DNA of 52,977 nucleotides from Aeromicrobium sp. (GCF_025965075.1 NZ_JAOPXQ010000102.1:1-52977), one strand, 5' to 3'. Positions 1 through 10,146 are shown, counted from the first letter of the stretch. Notes: generated from the letters alone by a model not told the origin. Program-made: numbers and translations.

Positions 1-561
1 GTGCCCGGCAACGAGGTGCTGACGTTCAACGCCGAGGACGCCAAGGCCAAGTGGGCCGAGGCCGACAAGATCTCCAAGTGGAGCGGCAAGTTCCAGCTCG
101 CCTACAACAACGACGGAGCGGGCAACAAGGAGTTCTCCGAGGCGATGGCCAACCAGATCAAGAACACGCTGGGCATCGACGCTTCGCCGAAGGCCTACCC
201 GACGTTCGACGAGCTGCGCACGGTCGTCACCGATCGCACGATCAAGACCCCGTTCCGTACCGGTTGGCAGGCCGACTACCCGTCGATGCTCAACTACCTG
301 GCACCGATCTACGCCACGGGCGCCGGCTCGAACGATGGTGACTACAGCAACAAGCAGTTCGACAAGCTGATCCAGGACGCCTCGGCGGCCAAGGGTGACG
401 AGCGCTACAAGCTCATCAGCCAGGCGCAGTCGATCCTGCTCAAGGACCTGCCCGCCATCCCGCTGTGGTACCAGAACGCCACCGCAGTGACCACGGAGGA
501 CCTCAAGGGCTTCGTGTTCAACTGGAAGCAGAAGCCGGACTACTACGCACTGACGAAGTAG
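1..561 (+). CDS. Peptide ABC transporter substrate-binding protein (OppA/DppA family), 5'-truncated by window edge
   Basis: Family-5 SBP C-terminal motifs (RTGWQADYP, YSNKQFDKLI, DLPAIPLWY); precedes two permeases and an ATPase. Confidence 0.9.
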   Translation: MPGNEVLTFNAEDAKAKWAEADKISKWSGKFQLAYNNDGAGNKEFSEAMANQIKNTLGIDASPKAYPTFDELRTVVTDRTIKTPFRTGWQADYPSMLNYLAPIYATGAGSNDGDYSNKQFDKLIQDASAAKGDERYKLISQAQSILLKDLPAIPLWYQNATAVTTEDLKGFVFNWKQKPDYYALTK

Positions 562-580
562 CTCGACCCGCACCACCGGC

Positions 581-614
581 CGCGGGGGCAGCCCTCACCA
601 GGGCTGCCCCCGCG
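581..614 (+). terminator. Perfect 15-bp stem hairpin after the SBP gene (terminator or mRNA-stabilising stem)
   Basis: CGCGGGGGCAGCCCT-cacc-AGGGCTGCCCCCGCG, 20 nt after the stop codon. Confidence 0.75.
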
Positions 615-701
615 TGTCGCTTTCAACCTCGGTGGCACCATGGCTCTTGGACCAAGAGCAGGTCGCTCCGGATCCATTCTTCCGACATCCCAGGAGGCCT
701 C

Positions 702-1631
702 GTGTGGTGGTATGTCGCCAAGCGACTGCTCCAGACCATCCCGGTGTTCCTCGGGGCAACGCTGATCATCTATGCATTGGTGTTCTTGCGCCCGGGTGAC
801 CCGATCAACGGACTGATCGGCAACAAGCCGGTCTCCCCCGAGGTCAGGGAGGCGATCCGGGACCAGTACCACCTCAACGACACGTTCATCGTGCAGTGGC
901 TGTACTTCCTCAAGGACGTCCTGACCTTCAACCCCGACTTCGTGGGCCTCGACGGCCAGCCGGTCTTCGAGAAGATCAAGAACGCCCTGCCGGTCACCGC
1001 GACCCTGGCCGTCATGGCCCTCGCGATGGACGCCGTCATCGGCATCGTCGTCGGCACGATCGCCGGCCTGCGTCGCAACGGCTGGTTCGACTCCGTGACG
1101 CTGGTCATCTCGCTGATCCTGCTGTCGATCCCGATCTTCGTCGTCGGCTTCGTCCTGCAGTTCCTGTTCGGTGTCAAGCTCGGGATCTTCCCGGCCACCG
1201 TGGGCGGTGACTGGCAGGTGACCGACCTGATCCTGCCGGCCTTCGTGCTCGCGATCGCCAACATCGCGACGACGACCCGGTTGACCCGTACGTCGGTCGC
1301 CAACAACCTGAGTGCCGACCACGTGCGTACGGCCCGGGCGAAGGGGCTGTCCAACGGCTCCGTCATCCGCAACCACGTGCTGCGCAACTCGCTCGTCCCG
1401 GTCGTGACCTACATCGGGATCAACCTCGGCTCGCTGATGGCCGGTGCCATCATCACCGAGGGCATCTTCAACGTGCAGGGGATCGGCAACCTCGCCTTCT
1501 CCGCGGTCAACCGCGGCGACGCCCCTGTCACCGTCACGGTCGTCGCCGTCATGGTCATGATCTACGTGTTCATGAGCCTGATCGTCGACCTGCTGTACGC
1601 CGTTCTCGACCCGAGGATCCGTTATGTCTGA
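702..1631 (+). CDS. Peptide ABC transporter permease (OppB/DppB)
   Basis: Start moved to GTG 702 after AGGAGG (692-697); YVAKRLLQTIPV...PGDP N-terminus; EAA-loop HVRTARAKGL; ITEGIF. Confidence 0.93.
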   Translation: MWWYVAKRLLQTIPVFLGATLIIYALVFLRPGDPINGLIGNKPVSPEVREAIRDQYHLNDTFIVQWLYFLKDVLTFNPDFVGLDGQPVFEKIKNALPVTATLAVMALAMDAVIGIVVGTIAGLRRNGWFDSVTLVISLILLSIPIFVVGFVLQFLFGVKLGIFPATVGGDWQVTDLILPAFVLAIANIATTTRLTRTSVANNLSADHVRTARAKGLSNGSVIRNHVLRNSLVPVVTYIGINLGSLMAGAIITEGIFNVQGIGNLAFSAVNRGDAPVTVTVVAVMVMIYVFMSLIVDLLYAVLDPRIRYV

Positions 1632-2595
1632 GACACGTGAGGGGCAGGAACGCTTCGTCGCCCCGCTGGACGAGACGCCGCTGCGCGCCATCGACGCCGT
1701 CGATGTCGACGCGGTGCCCGAGAGCCAGTGGAAGGAGGCCTGGAAGCGGCTGCGCAAGTCGCCGCTGTTCTGGCTGGCCTCCGTCATCATCCTGGTGCTG
1801 GCAGTCGTGGTGGCCTTCCCGGGCCTGTTCACCAGCGCCGATCCCACCGCGGCCAAGCTCGGCAACCAGTTCGACCCGCCGAGCGAGGGACACCCCTTCG
1901 GCTACAACTTCCAGGGCGCCGACATCTGGGCCCGCACGGTCTACGGTGCGCGGGCGTCCGTCGCGGTCGGCGTGCTCGCGACGTTCCTGACGATCCTGCT
2001 CGGCATGGTGACCGGGGCGATCGCCGGCTTCTACGGCGGGTTCACCGACACGATCGTCTCGCGCCTCAGTGACATCTTCTTCTCGATCCCGCTGCTGCTG
2101 GCCTGCATCGTCGTCATCTCGGTCATCAACAACGTCTGGGAGGACCGGGGCTTCTGGGGCTCGGTCTTCGTGGTCGTCATGGCACTGGCGTTGTTCGCCT
2201 GGCCGCAGATCACCCGCCAGATGCGTGGCGCGGTCCTCGAGGTCAAGAACCTCGAGTTCGTCGACGCCGCCACCGCGATCGGCGCGTCCAAGCTGTCGAA
2301 CCTGCGCCGGCACATCGTCCCCAACTCCTTGTCGCCGGTCATCGTGTCGGCGACGATCATGCTCGGCGTGTTCATCGTCTCGGAGTCGGCGCTGTCGTTC
2401 CTGGGGCTCGGTCTGCCGCAGAACATCGTGTCGTGGGGCAACGACCTGTCCGACGCGCAGAACCAGGTGCGTTCGGGGACCCATCTGGTCGTGATGTGGG
2501 TGCCGGCGACGGCCCTGGCCGTCACCGTGCTGGGCTTCGTCCTGCTGGGTGAGGCCGTCCGCGAAGCACTCGACCCGAAGGCGAGGAAGTCATGA
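1624..2595 (+). CDS. Peptide ABC transporter permease (OppC/DppC)
   Basis: HPFGY..GADIWARTVYGAR, EFVDAATAIGA, ESALSFLGLG motifs; overlaps the upstream permease. Confidence 0.93.
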   Translation: MSETREGQERFVAPLDETPLRAIDAVDVDAVPESQWKEAWKRLRKSPLFWLASVIILVLAVVVAFPGLFTSADPTAAKLGNQFDPPSEGHPFGYNFQGADIWARTVYGARASVAVGVLATFLTILLGMVTGAIAGFYGGFTDTIVSRLSDIFFSIPLLLACIVVISVINNVWEDRGFWGSVFVVVMALALFAWPQITRQMRGAVLEVKNLEFVDAATAIGASKLSNLRRHIVPNSLSPVIVSATIMLGVFIVSESALSFLGLGLPQNIVSWGNDLSDAQNQVRSGTHLVVMWVPATALAVTVLGFVLLGEAVREALDPKARKS

Positions 2596-4319
2596 CCCTG
2601 GTAGCCACCAGCACGCACCCCCTGCTCGAGATCAAGGACCTGCGCGTCGGGTTCCGCACCGGCAAGAAGACGGTCCTCACGGCCGTCGACGGTGCCAGTC
2701 TCAGCATCTTCCCCGGCCAGACCATCGCGATCGTCGGTGAGTCCGGCTCGGGCAAGTCGACGCTGGCGCACTCGGTCATCGACCTGCTGCCGGGCTCGGG
2801 CCACGTCATGGGCGGGCAGATCCTGTTCGAGGGACACGAGATCTCGCACGCCGACCGCAAGGCCGTGCTCGCGCTGCGCGGCTCGTCGATCGGCCTCGTG
2901 CCGCAGGACCCCATGTCCAACCTCAACCCGCTGTGGAAGGTCGGCCGCCAGATCAAGGAGGCGCTCGTCGCCAACGGCGTCGCGACCGGCGCGGCGGCGG
3001 ACAAGCGGGTCGTCGAGCTGCTGGAGGAGGCGGGGCTGCCCGACGCCGAGCGTCGCGCGCTGCAGTACCCGCACGAGTTCTCCGGCGGCATGCGCCAGCG
3101 GGCGCTGATCGCGATGGGCCTGGCGGCCCGGCCCAAGCTCCTGATCGCCGACGAGCCGACCTCGGCGCTCGACGTCACGGTGCAGAAGCAGATCCTGGAC
3201 CACCTCGACACGCTGACCGGCACCCTCGGTGTCGCCGTCATGCTGATCACGCACGACCTGGGGCTGGCGGCCGAGCGGGCCGATCACCTCGTGGTCATGT
3301 ATCGCGGCAAGATCGTGGAGTCCGGACCGGCGCTGGAGATCCTCCAGGACCCCCGGCACCCCTACACGCAGCGGCTGGTCTCGAAGGCGCCGTCGATCGC
3401 CTCGCAGCGGCTGTCGTCGGTCCAGGCACGTGCCGAGGTGCGCGAGCTGGCCGTCCAGACGGCCGCGGAGATCGCCGAGGGGATCGCCCACAGCGACGCC
3501 CAGCTCGGCGAGGGCAGCAACGACATCATCGTGGCGCAGAACCTCACCAAGGTCTTCACGCTCCGCGGCGCCAAGCCGTGGCAGAAGGTCGACTTCGCCG
3601 CGGTCGACGACGTGTCGTTCCGGTTGCGTCGTGGCACGACGACGGCGATCGTGGGGGAGTCCGGCTCGGGCAAGTCCACCGTGGCCCGCATGGTGCTGGA
3701 CCTGCTGCCCCCGACGTCAGGCAACGTCGTCTTCGACGGCAGGAACATCCGGGAGCTGCGGTCCAAGGCCGAGAAGCTCCGGCTGCGCCGCCTGATGCAG
3801 CCGGTGTTCCAGAACCCGTACGCCTCGCTGGACCCGCTCTACTCGATCTACCAGTCGATCGAGGAGCCCCTGCGCACGCACGACGTGGGGACCAAGAAGG
3901 AGCGCGAGGCCAAGGTCCGTGGCCTGCTCGACAAGGTCTCGCTGCCGACGACCGTGATGTCGCGCTATCCCGGCGAGCTGTCGGGTGGCCAGCGCCAGCG
4001 CGTCGCGATCGCCCGGGCACTCGCGCTCGATCCCGAGGTCGTGATCTGCGACGAGGCGGTGTCGGCGCTGGACGTCCTGGTGCAGGCGCAGATCCTCGAG
4101 CTGCTCAACGACCTGCAGGCCGAGCTGGGCCTGAGCTATCTGTTCATCACGCACGACCTCGCGGTCGTGCGGCAGATCGCGGACGACGTCCTGGTGATGC
4201 AGAACGGCAAGGTCGTGGAGGCCTCGACGGTGTCGGCGGTGTTCGACAACCCGCGCGAGGAGTACACGCGCAAGCTGCTCGACGCGATCCCGGGAGGATC
4301 GATCTCCCTCGGCGCCTGA
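2592..4319 (+). CDS. Peptide ABC transporter ATPase with two fused NBDs (OppD-OppF)
   Basis: Two GESGSGKS Walker A motifs; FSGGMRQR and LSGGQRQR signatures; two ITHDL motifs. Confidence 0.95.
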   Translation: MTLVATSTHPLLEIKDLRVGFRTGKKTVLTAVDGASLSIFPGQTIAIVGESGSGKSTLAHSVIDLLPGSGHVMGGQILFEGHEISHADRKAVLALRGSSIGLVPQDPMSNLNPLWKVGRQIKEALVANGVATGAAADKRVVELLEEAGLPDAERRALQYPHEFSGGMRQRALIAMGLAARPKLLIADEPTSALDVTVQKQILDHLDTLTGTLGVAVMLITHDLGLAAERADHLVVMYRGKIVESGPALEILQDPRHPYTQRLVSKAPSIASQRLSSVQARAEVRELAVQTAAEIAEGIAHSDAQLGEGSNDIIVAQNLTKVFTLRGAKPWQKVDFAAVDDVSFRLRRGTTTAIVGESGSGKSTVARMVLDLLPPTSGNVVFDGRNIRELRSKAEKLRLRRLMQPVFQNPYASLDPLYSIYQSIEEPLRTHDVGTKKEREAKVRGLLDKVSLPTTVMSRYPGELSGGQRQRVAIARALALDPEVVICDEAVSALDVLVQAQILELLNDLQAELGLSYLFITHDLAVVRQIADDVLVMQNGKVVEASTVSAVFDNPREEYTRKLLDAIPGGSISLGA

Positions 4320-4322
4320 GCT

Positions 4323-4398
4323 CGCCGACGTCCGCCGGCGGGGTCCCGCGCGGCCCTTCCGGGGGCCGTCGTGGGGCCCCGCCGCGTGGCGTCGGGCG
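4323..4398 (+). terminator. Long imperfect GC-rich hairpin after the ABC operon
   Basis: Nested complementary arms CGCCGACG..CGGCGGGGGTCCC..CGGCCC / GGGCCG..GGGGCCCCGCCG..CGTCGGGCG directly after the stop codon. Confidence 0.5.
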
Positions 4399-4436
4399 AG
4401 GGTCCGGGAGGGTGACGAAGTAGTTCCGGTGGCGGA

Positions 4437-4465
4437 TTGACTCGATCGAACATCTGTTCGATCAT
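4437..4465 (+). promoter_or_regulatory. SOS promoter with LexA box (TCGAAC-N4-GTTCGA at 4446-4461)
   Basis: TCGAACATCTGTTCGA matches the actinobacterial LexA consensus; it sits in the spacer of TTGACT(4437)-N17-GATCAT(4460); ATG follows 6 nt after the -10. Confidence 0.92.
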
Positions 4466-4471
4466 GGAGCA

Positions 4472-5137
4472 ATGACCGTTGCCGTGGCCCCGTCCCTCAG
4501 TGAGCTGCGCGAGCGCGTCAACCAGATGCAGGGCCGCCCCGCCGCCCAGCCGGTCGCGACCCACTCGGCCTTCGAGGGACTGCTGCAGCTGCAGACCGGC
4601 TCGAGCTACAGCGTCGACTCGGCCAGCCTGGCGATGGCGCTCATGGCGGGCCCGTCGGCCGACGGCGCGTGGTGCGGTGTCGTGGGGATGCCGGAGCTGG
4701 GCCTGGAGGCGGCCGCCGCTGCCGGCGTCGAGCTGCGGCGCACGATCCTGGTCCCGGATCCCGGCGACGCGTGGCTCGAGGTCACCGCGGCGCTGATCGA
4801 CGTCCTGGGTGTCGTGATGCTGTCGGCCCCCTCGGTGCCCACGGCCAAGGACGTCAGCCGGATCGGCGCCCGCCTGCGGCAGCGGGGCAGCGTCCTGATC
4901 GCGCACGGCGACTGGCCGCGCAGCGAGGCGCGGGTCGCGATGCGCGAAGTCGAGTGGGTCGGGGTGGGGCGCGGGCACGGCCACCTGCAGGCCCGCCGGG
5001 TGACCGTCGAGGTCCGCCGGGGGACGGCGCCGGCGCGCACCGGCCGGTTGTGGTTCCCCGACGCGGACCAGGTCATCCGCCGGGTCGAGGCCGCCCCCGC
5101 GGTCGAGGTCCCGACCCGGCTGCGGAGCGTGTCATGA
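4472..5137 (+). CDS. imuA: ImuA'-like (RecA-like) mutasome accessory protein
   Basis: GAWCGVVGMPELGLEAAAAAGVELRRTILVPDPG motif; first gene of a LexA-controlled imuA-imuB-dnaE2 cassette. Confidence 0.85.
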   Translation: MTVAVAPSLSELRERVNQMQGRPAAQPVATHSAFEGLLQLQTGSSYSVDSASLAMALMAGPSADGAWCGVVGMPELGLEAAAAAGVELRRTILVPDPGDAWLEVTAALIDVLGVVMLSAPSVPTAKDVSRIGARLRQRGSVLIAHGDWPRSEARVAMREVEWVGVGRGHGHLQARRVTVEVRRGTAPARTGRLWFPDADQVIRRVEAAPAVEVPTRLRSVS

Positions 5138-6642
5138 GCCGCACGATGGTGCTCTGGGCGCCCGACTGGCCGATCGTCGCGATCGACGTGCCGGCCACGA
5201 CCCCCGCCGCGGTGCTCGACAAGGGGCAGGTGCTGGCCTGCTCGCAGGCGGCCCGGGCCGAGGGCGTGCGCCGGGGGATGCGTCGGCGCGATGCCCAGTC
5301 GCGGTGCCCGGGACTGGTCCTGCACGATCACAACGCGGATGCCGAGGCGCGGGCGTTCGAGGCGGTCCTCACGGCGATCGAGGAGCTCAGCCCGGGGGTC
5401 GCACCGCTGCGACCGGGACTGTGCGCGATCTCGGTGCCAGCCCGGTTCTACGGCGGCGAGGCCGAGGCGGCGGCGGTCATCGCCGAGCGGCTGGTGGGCC
5501 TCGGGGTCTGGGACGTCCGGGCCGGGATCGCCGACGGGCTGTTCGCCGCCGAGCAGGCCGCCCGCCGGGCGCTGGCCCAGGACAGCCTCGTGGTCCCCGC
5601 CGGGGGATCGGGGCAGTTCCTGCGGGACCTGCCGATCGACGCCCTGGACGACGCGGACCTGGTCGGGCTGCTGCGCCGGATGGGCCTGCTGACGCTGGGC
5701 GACTTCGCCTCGTTGCCGGCCGCCGACGTGCACACCCGCTTCGGCACGCACGGGGCCCTGCTGCACCGCCTCGCCCGGGGCGATGACGCCCAGCCGATCA
5801 GCCGCCGGCAGGTGCCGCCGGAGTTCGAGGCCACGCTGATGCTGGAGCCGCCGCTGGAGCTCGTCGAGCCGATCGCGTTCAGCCTGCGCACGACGGCGGA
5901 GGGATTCGTCACCGACCTGGCCGGCCACGGGCTGGTCTGCACCACGGTCCTGATCGAGGTCGACTCCGACGGCTCGCTCGCGACGTCGCGGCGATGGATG
6001 CACCCGCGCTGGTTCGGGGCGACCGACCTGATCGACCGGGTCCGCTGGCAGCTCCAGGTCGACGGTGCGATCCGGGCCCCGGTCGACGCGGTGCGTCTGA
6101 TCCCCGAGGTCACCGAGCCGCTGGGCGATCACGCCGACGGCCTCTTCGGCGGCGGCCCGGACGAGCGTGTCGAGCGCGGGGTCGCCCGGGTGCAGAGCAT
6201 CGTGGGCCACGAGGCGGTCGTGTCGGTCACGGTCCAGGGCGGACGTGGCCCCGCGGAGCGCCGGCTGCTCACGCCCTGGGGCGAGCGGCCGGTGGCGGCC
6301 CGCGCGGCGGGGCTGCCGTGGCCCGGGAGCCTGCCGCCCCCCGCGCCGGCGACGGTCTATGCCGAGCCGCGCCAGGCCATGGTCGTCGGCGCCGAGGGGC
6401 AGCCGATCGGCGTCACGGGGCGCGGGATCGTGACGGGAGAGCCGGCCCGCTTCCGCGCCGGGGCGACCCAGGACTGGCAGCCGGTCGCGTCGTGGGCCGG
6501 CCCGTGGCCCGTCGACGAGCAGTGGTGGGACGAGGCCGCGGCCCGGCGGATCGCCCGCTTCCAGGTCGTCGGCGTCGACGGCAGCGCCTTCCTGATGATC
6601 GTGGAGGGCGGCCACTGGTGGGTCGAGGCGTGCTATGACTGA
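5134..6642 (+). CDS. imuB: ImuB, inactive Y-family polymerase-like protein
   Basis: ATGA overlap with imuA; LWAPDWP, ACSQAARAEGVRRGMRRRDAQSRCP, WAGPWPVDEQWW, W.VEACYD C-terminus. Confidence 0.92.
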   Translation: MSRTMVLWAPDWPIVAIDVPATTPAAVLDKGQVLACSQAARAEGVRRGMRRRDAQSRCPGLVLHDHNADAEARAFEAVLTAIEELSPGVAPLRPGLCAISVPARFYGGEAEAAAVIAERLVGLGVWDVRAGIADGLFAAEQAARRALAQDSLVVPAGGSGQFLRDLPIDALDDADLVGLLRRMGLLTLGDFASLPAADVHTRFGTHGALLHRLARGDDAQPISRRQVPPEFEATLMLEPPLELVEPIAFSLRTTAEGFVTDLAGHGLVCTTVLIEVDSDGSLATSRRWMHPRWFGATDLIDRVRWQLQVDGAIRAPVDAVRLIPEVTEPLGDHADGLFGGGPDERVERGVARVQSIVGHEAVVSVTVQGGRGPAERRLLTPWGERPVAARAAGLPWPGSLPPPAPATVYAEPRQAMVVGAEGQPIGVTGRGIVTGEPARFRAGATQDWQPVASWAGPWPVDEQWWDEAAARRIARFQVVGVDGSAFLMIVEGGHWWVEACYD

Positions 6643-6651
6643 CCACCCGAA

Positions 6652-6735
6652 CCGCGAGTGGCGCAATTCGAAGGTTTTGGGACGGCGTGTCGTCCAGATC
6701 TGCGCCACTCGGGGACGGGTTTGCGCCACTCGCGG
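6652..6735. repeat. REP-like inverted-repeat element between imuB and dnaE2
   Basis: Perfect 15-bp inverted repeat CCGCGAGTGGCGCAA (6652-6666) / TTGCGCCACTCGCGG (6721-6735); extra TGCGCCACTCG copy at 6701, 21 bp before the copy at 6722. Confidence 0.75.
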
Positions 6736-6747
6736 GGGTGGCGTCCC

Positions 6748-9700
6748 GTGAACTGGAACAACCCGGACATGCCGTGGCGGGAGCTCGAGCGACGGTTGTC
6801 GGGACGCACCGAGCCCGACGGCGGCGACGCGCCCGGCTGGTCCCGCAAACGTACGAAGACCGGTCCCAAGGAGATCGAGGGGCCGGCCACGCCGGTCGTC
6901 CCCTACGCCGAGCTCCACTGCCACAGCCACTTCAGCTTCCTCGACGGCGCGAGCGGACCGGACGCCCTGGTCGAGGAGGCCATCGGGCTGGGGCTGCACG
7001 GCCTGGCGCTGACCGACCACGACGGCTTCTACGGCGCTCCCCGGTTCGCCGAGGAGGTCAGCAAGTACCCCGACCGCGGGCTCCGTACGATCTACGGCGC
7101 CGAGCTGTCGCTGGGCCTGCGCGCGCCCCAGAACGGGGTCGCCGATCCCGAGGGCTCCCACCTGCTGGTGCTGGCCCGCGGGGTCGAGGGCTACCACCGG
7201 CTCGCCGCGGCGATCACTGACGCCCAGCTGCGCGGGGACGAGAAGGGGCGCCCCGTCTACGACCTCGATGAGCTCGCCGACCGGGGCCGCGACCACTGGG
7301 TCGTGCTGACCGGCTGCCGCAAGGGGCACGTCCGCCAGGCGCTCGCGGCCGGCGGGCGGGAGGCCGCGGCCCGCGAGCTCGACCGGCTCACCGGGATGTT
7401 CGGCATCGACAACGTCGCGGTCGAGCTGATCGACCACGGCTTCCCGGTCGACAGCGCCGCCAACGACGCCCTCGCCGACCTGGCCCGCGACCACGGCCTC
7501 GGGACGATCGCCAGCAACAATGTCCACTTCGCCCGCCCCGCGGCGGGCCGGCTCGCCGCCGTCATGGCGGCGGTGCGCGCCCGCCGCAGCCTCGCCGACA
7601 TGGACGGCTGGCTGCCGGCCACCGGCGCGGCCCACCTGCGGTCGGGGGCCGAGATGCGCCGGGTGTTCGCCCGCTACCCGGGCGCCGTCGGACGTACCGT
7701 CCCGCTCGCCGACGAGCTGGCGTTCGACCTGCGCGCGGCGACCCCCCGGCTGCCGCGCCGTGGCATCCCCGAGGGGCACACCGCGATGAGCTGGCTGCGG
7801 GTCCTGGCCGAGCGCGGCATCAAGGACCGTTATGCGTACGACGAGGAGCTCGCGCGCGAGCGCATCGAGCGCGAGCTCGCGGTCATCGAGGAGAAGGACT
7901 TCCCGGGCTACTTCCTGATCGTCCACGACATCGTCGCCGAGGCCCGCCGTCGCGGCATCCTGTGCCAGGGCCGGGGCTCCTCGGCCAACTCCGCGCTCTG
8001 CTACGCCCTCAAGATCACCGCGATCGACTCGATCAAGTTCGACTTGCCGTTCGAGCGCTTCCTCGCCACGACCCGGGAGGAGGAGCCGGACATCGACGTC
8101 GACTTCGACTCCGACCGGCGCGAGGAGATCATCCAGTGGGTCTACGACACGTACGGCCGGCACAACGCCGCGCAGGTCGCCAACGTCATCAGCTATCGGC
8201 CGCGCTCGGCGATCCGGGACGCGGCCAAGGCGCTGGGCCACTCGACGGGGCAGCAGGACGCGTGGTCCAAGCAGATCGACGCGTGGGGGTCGATCGGCGC
8301 CGAGGACGTCGCGGGCGTGCCGGGACCGGTCGTCGGGATCGCCCAGCAGCTGCTGACGGCGCCCCGGCACCTGGGCATCCACTCCGGCGGGATGATCCTG
8401 ACCGAGCGACCCATCGGCGAGGTCTGCCCCATCGAGCGCGGCCGGATGGACCGCCGCACGGTCCTGCAGTGGGACAAGGACGCCTGCGAGTACATGGGGC
8501 TGGTCAAGTTCGACCTGCTGGGGCTCGGGATGCTGGGCGCCCTCGACCACACGATGCGGATCGTCACGGAGCACCTGGGCGAGCAGTGGGACCTCGACTC
8601 GATCCCCAAGGAGGAGGCCGGTGTCTACGACATGCTGTGCCGGGCCGACTCGGTCGGGGTGTTCCAGGTCGAGAGCCGGGCGCAGATCGGGACGCTGCCG
8701 CGGCTCAAGCCCCGTCGGGCGTACGACCTGGCGATCGAGATCGCCCTGATCCGGCCCGGCCCGATCCAGGGTGGTGCGGTGCACCCCTACATCCGCCGCG
8801 CGATGGGCAAGGAGCCGATCACCTATCCGCACCCGATCCTCGAGAAGGTCCTCGCGCGCACCAAGGGCATCCCGCTGTTCCAGGAGCAGCTCATGCAGAT
8901 GGCGATCGCGATCGGCGACTGCACGGGCGACGAGGCCGACCTGCTCCGCCGGGCGATGGGGTCCAAGCGCGGGGTCGAGCGGATCGAGTCGCTCGAGCAG
9001 AAGCTCTACGCCGGGATGCAGCGGCACGGGCTGAGCAAGGAGGAGTCGGACGTCATCTATCTCAAGATCAAGTCCTTCGCCAACTTCGGCTTCGCCGAGA
9101 GCCACGCCCTGAGCTTCTCGCTGCTGGTCTACGCCAGCTCGTGGCTCAAGCTGCACTACCCGGGTGCCTTCCTCGCCGCGCTGCTGCGCAACCAGCCCAT
9201 GGGGTTCTACTCACCGCAGTCGTTGACCGGCGACGCCCGCCGCCACGGGGTCAAGGTCCTGCGGCCCGACATCGTGCACTCCCGGGCGCAGGCCGACCTC
9301 GAGCCGCTCGGCGACGGGGGAGCGACGGGGCGCGACGCGTGCCTCGAGCGGGACCAGCCACCGGTGCCCGACTTCGTCCCCGGCACGCCGGACCCGACGC
9401 CGGAGCACCGACGCGACGGCGCCTTCGCCGTACGTCTGGGGCTCGACGAGGTGCAGGGGATCGGGCCGGAGGTCGCGCAGCGGATCGTGGCGGTGCGGGA
9501 GGAGCGGCCGTTCCGGGACATGGCCGACGTGTCCCGGCGGGCGGGGCTGTCGGTCGCCCAGATGGAGTCACTGGCGACGGCCGGTGCGTTCGACGCGTTC
9601 GGGCTGTCCCGACGACAGGCGCTGTGGAGCGCGGGCTACGCGCAGAGCATCGACCAGCTCGAGGGCACCGCGGTCGAGGCGCCCCCGCCGATGCTGCCGG

Positions 9701-10146
9701 GCATGAGCGAGGTCGAGATCACGATGGCCGACCTGTGGGCGACCCGGATCTCGCCCGAGACCCATCCGATCGAGCACCTCCGGCCGCTGCTGCAGGGGGA
9801 GGGGATCCTGTCGGTCGCCGACTCGTTCGTCGCCGAGCCCGCCCGCCGGGTCAAGGTCGCCGGGCTCATCACCCACCGGCAACGCCCGGCGACGGCCGTG
9901 GGGGTCACATTCCTCAACATCGAGGACGAGACCGGGATGCTCAACGTCGTGTGTTCCGAGGCGTTGTGGAAGCGCTACCGGACGGTCGGGCGCAATGCCG
10001 CCGGGATGGTCATCCGGGGGATCCTCGAGCGCAGCCCCGAGGGGGTCACCAACCTGGTGGCCGACAAGCTCATGCGGATCGAGGAGGTCTATCCCGAGGC
10101 CGGCCGGGCCATCCCCGCCAAGCACCGCGGCCGCGACTTCCAGTGA
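6748..10146 (+). CDS. dnaE2: Error-prone DNA polymerase DnaE2 (ImuC)
   Basis: Start moved to GTG 6748 (MNWNNPDMPWRELER); PHP motifs YAELHCHSHFSFLDG and ALTDHDG; GRGSSANS; PDIDVDF; C-terminal RGRDFQ motif. Confidence 0.96.
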   Translation: MNWNNPDMPWRELERRLSGRTEPDGGDAPGWSRKRTKTGPKEIEGPATPVVPYAELHCHSHFSFLDGASGPDALVEEAIGLGLHGLALTDHDGFYGAPRFAEEVSKYPDRGLRTIYGAELSLGLRAPQNGVADPEGSHLLVLARGVEGYHRLAAAITDAQLRGDEKGRPVYDLDELADRGRDHWVVLTGCRKGHVRQALAAGGREAAARELDRLTGMFGIDNVAVELIDHGFPVDSAANDALADLARDHGLGTIASNNVHFARPAAGRLAAVMAAVRARRSLADMDGWLPATGAAHLRSGAEMRRVFARYPGAVGRTVPLADELAFDLRAATPRLPRRGIPEGHTAMSWLRVLAERGIKDRYAYDEELARERIERELAVIEEKDFPGYFLIVHDIVAEARRRGILCQGRGSSANSALCYALKITAIDSIKFDLPFERFLATTREEEPDIDVDFDSDRREEIIQWVYDTYGRHNAAQVANVISYRPRSAIRDAAKALGHSTGQQDAWSKQIDAWGSIGAEDVAGVPGPVVGIAQQLLTAPRHLGIHSGGMILTERPIGEVCPIERGRMDRRTVLQWDKDACEYMGLVKFDLLGLGMLGALDHTMRIVTEHLGEQWDLDSIPKEEAGVYDMLCRADSVGVFQVESRAQIGTLPRLKPRRAYDLAIEIALIRPGPIQGGAVHPYIRRAMGKEPITYPHPILEKVLARTKGIPLFQEQLMQMAIAIGDCTGDEADLLRRAMGSKRGVERIESLEQKLYAGMQRHGLSKEESDVIYLKIKSFANFGFAESHALSFSLLVYASSWLKLHYPGAFLAALLRNQPMGFYSPQSLTGDARRHGVKVLRPDIVHSRAQADLEPLGDGGATGRDACLERDQPPVPDFVPGTPDPTPEHRRDGAFAVRLGLDEVQGIGPEVAQRIVAVREERPFRDMADVSRRAGLSVAQMESLATAGAFDAFGLSRRQALWSAGYAQSIDQLEGTAVEAPPPMLPGMSEVEITMADLWATRISPETHPIEHLRPLLQGEGILSVADSFVAEPARRVKVAGLITHRQRPATAVGVTFLNIEDETGMLNVVCSEALWKRYRTVGRNAAGMVIRGILERSPEGVTNLVADKLMRIEEVYPEAGRAIPAKHRGRDFQ

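Noticed and set aside
2592-4319. Internal duplication (repeated GAGTCCGGCTCGGGCAAGTC)
   Set aside because: These are the two Walker A motifs of an ordinary fused double ABC ATPase.
4606-9156. 1516-aa minus-strand ORF (likewise 25682-29503 +, 21989-24898 -, 39989-42733 -, 51126-52955 - and similar)
   Set aside because: Antisense shadows of well-supported genes; stop-poor frames are expected at this GC content, and the products have no motifs.
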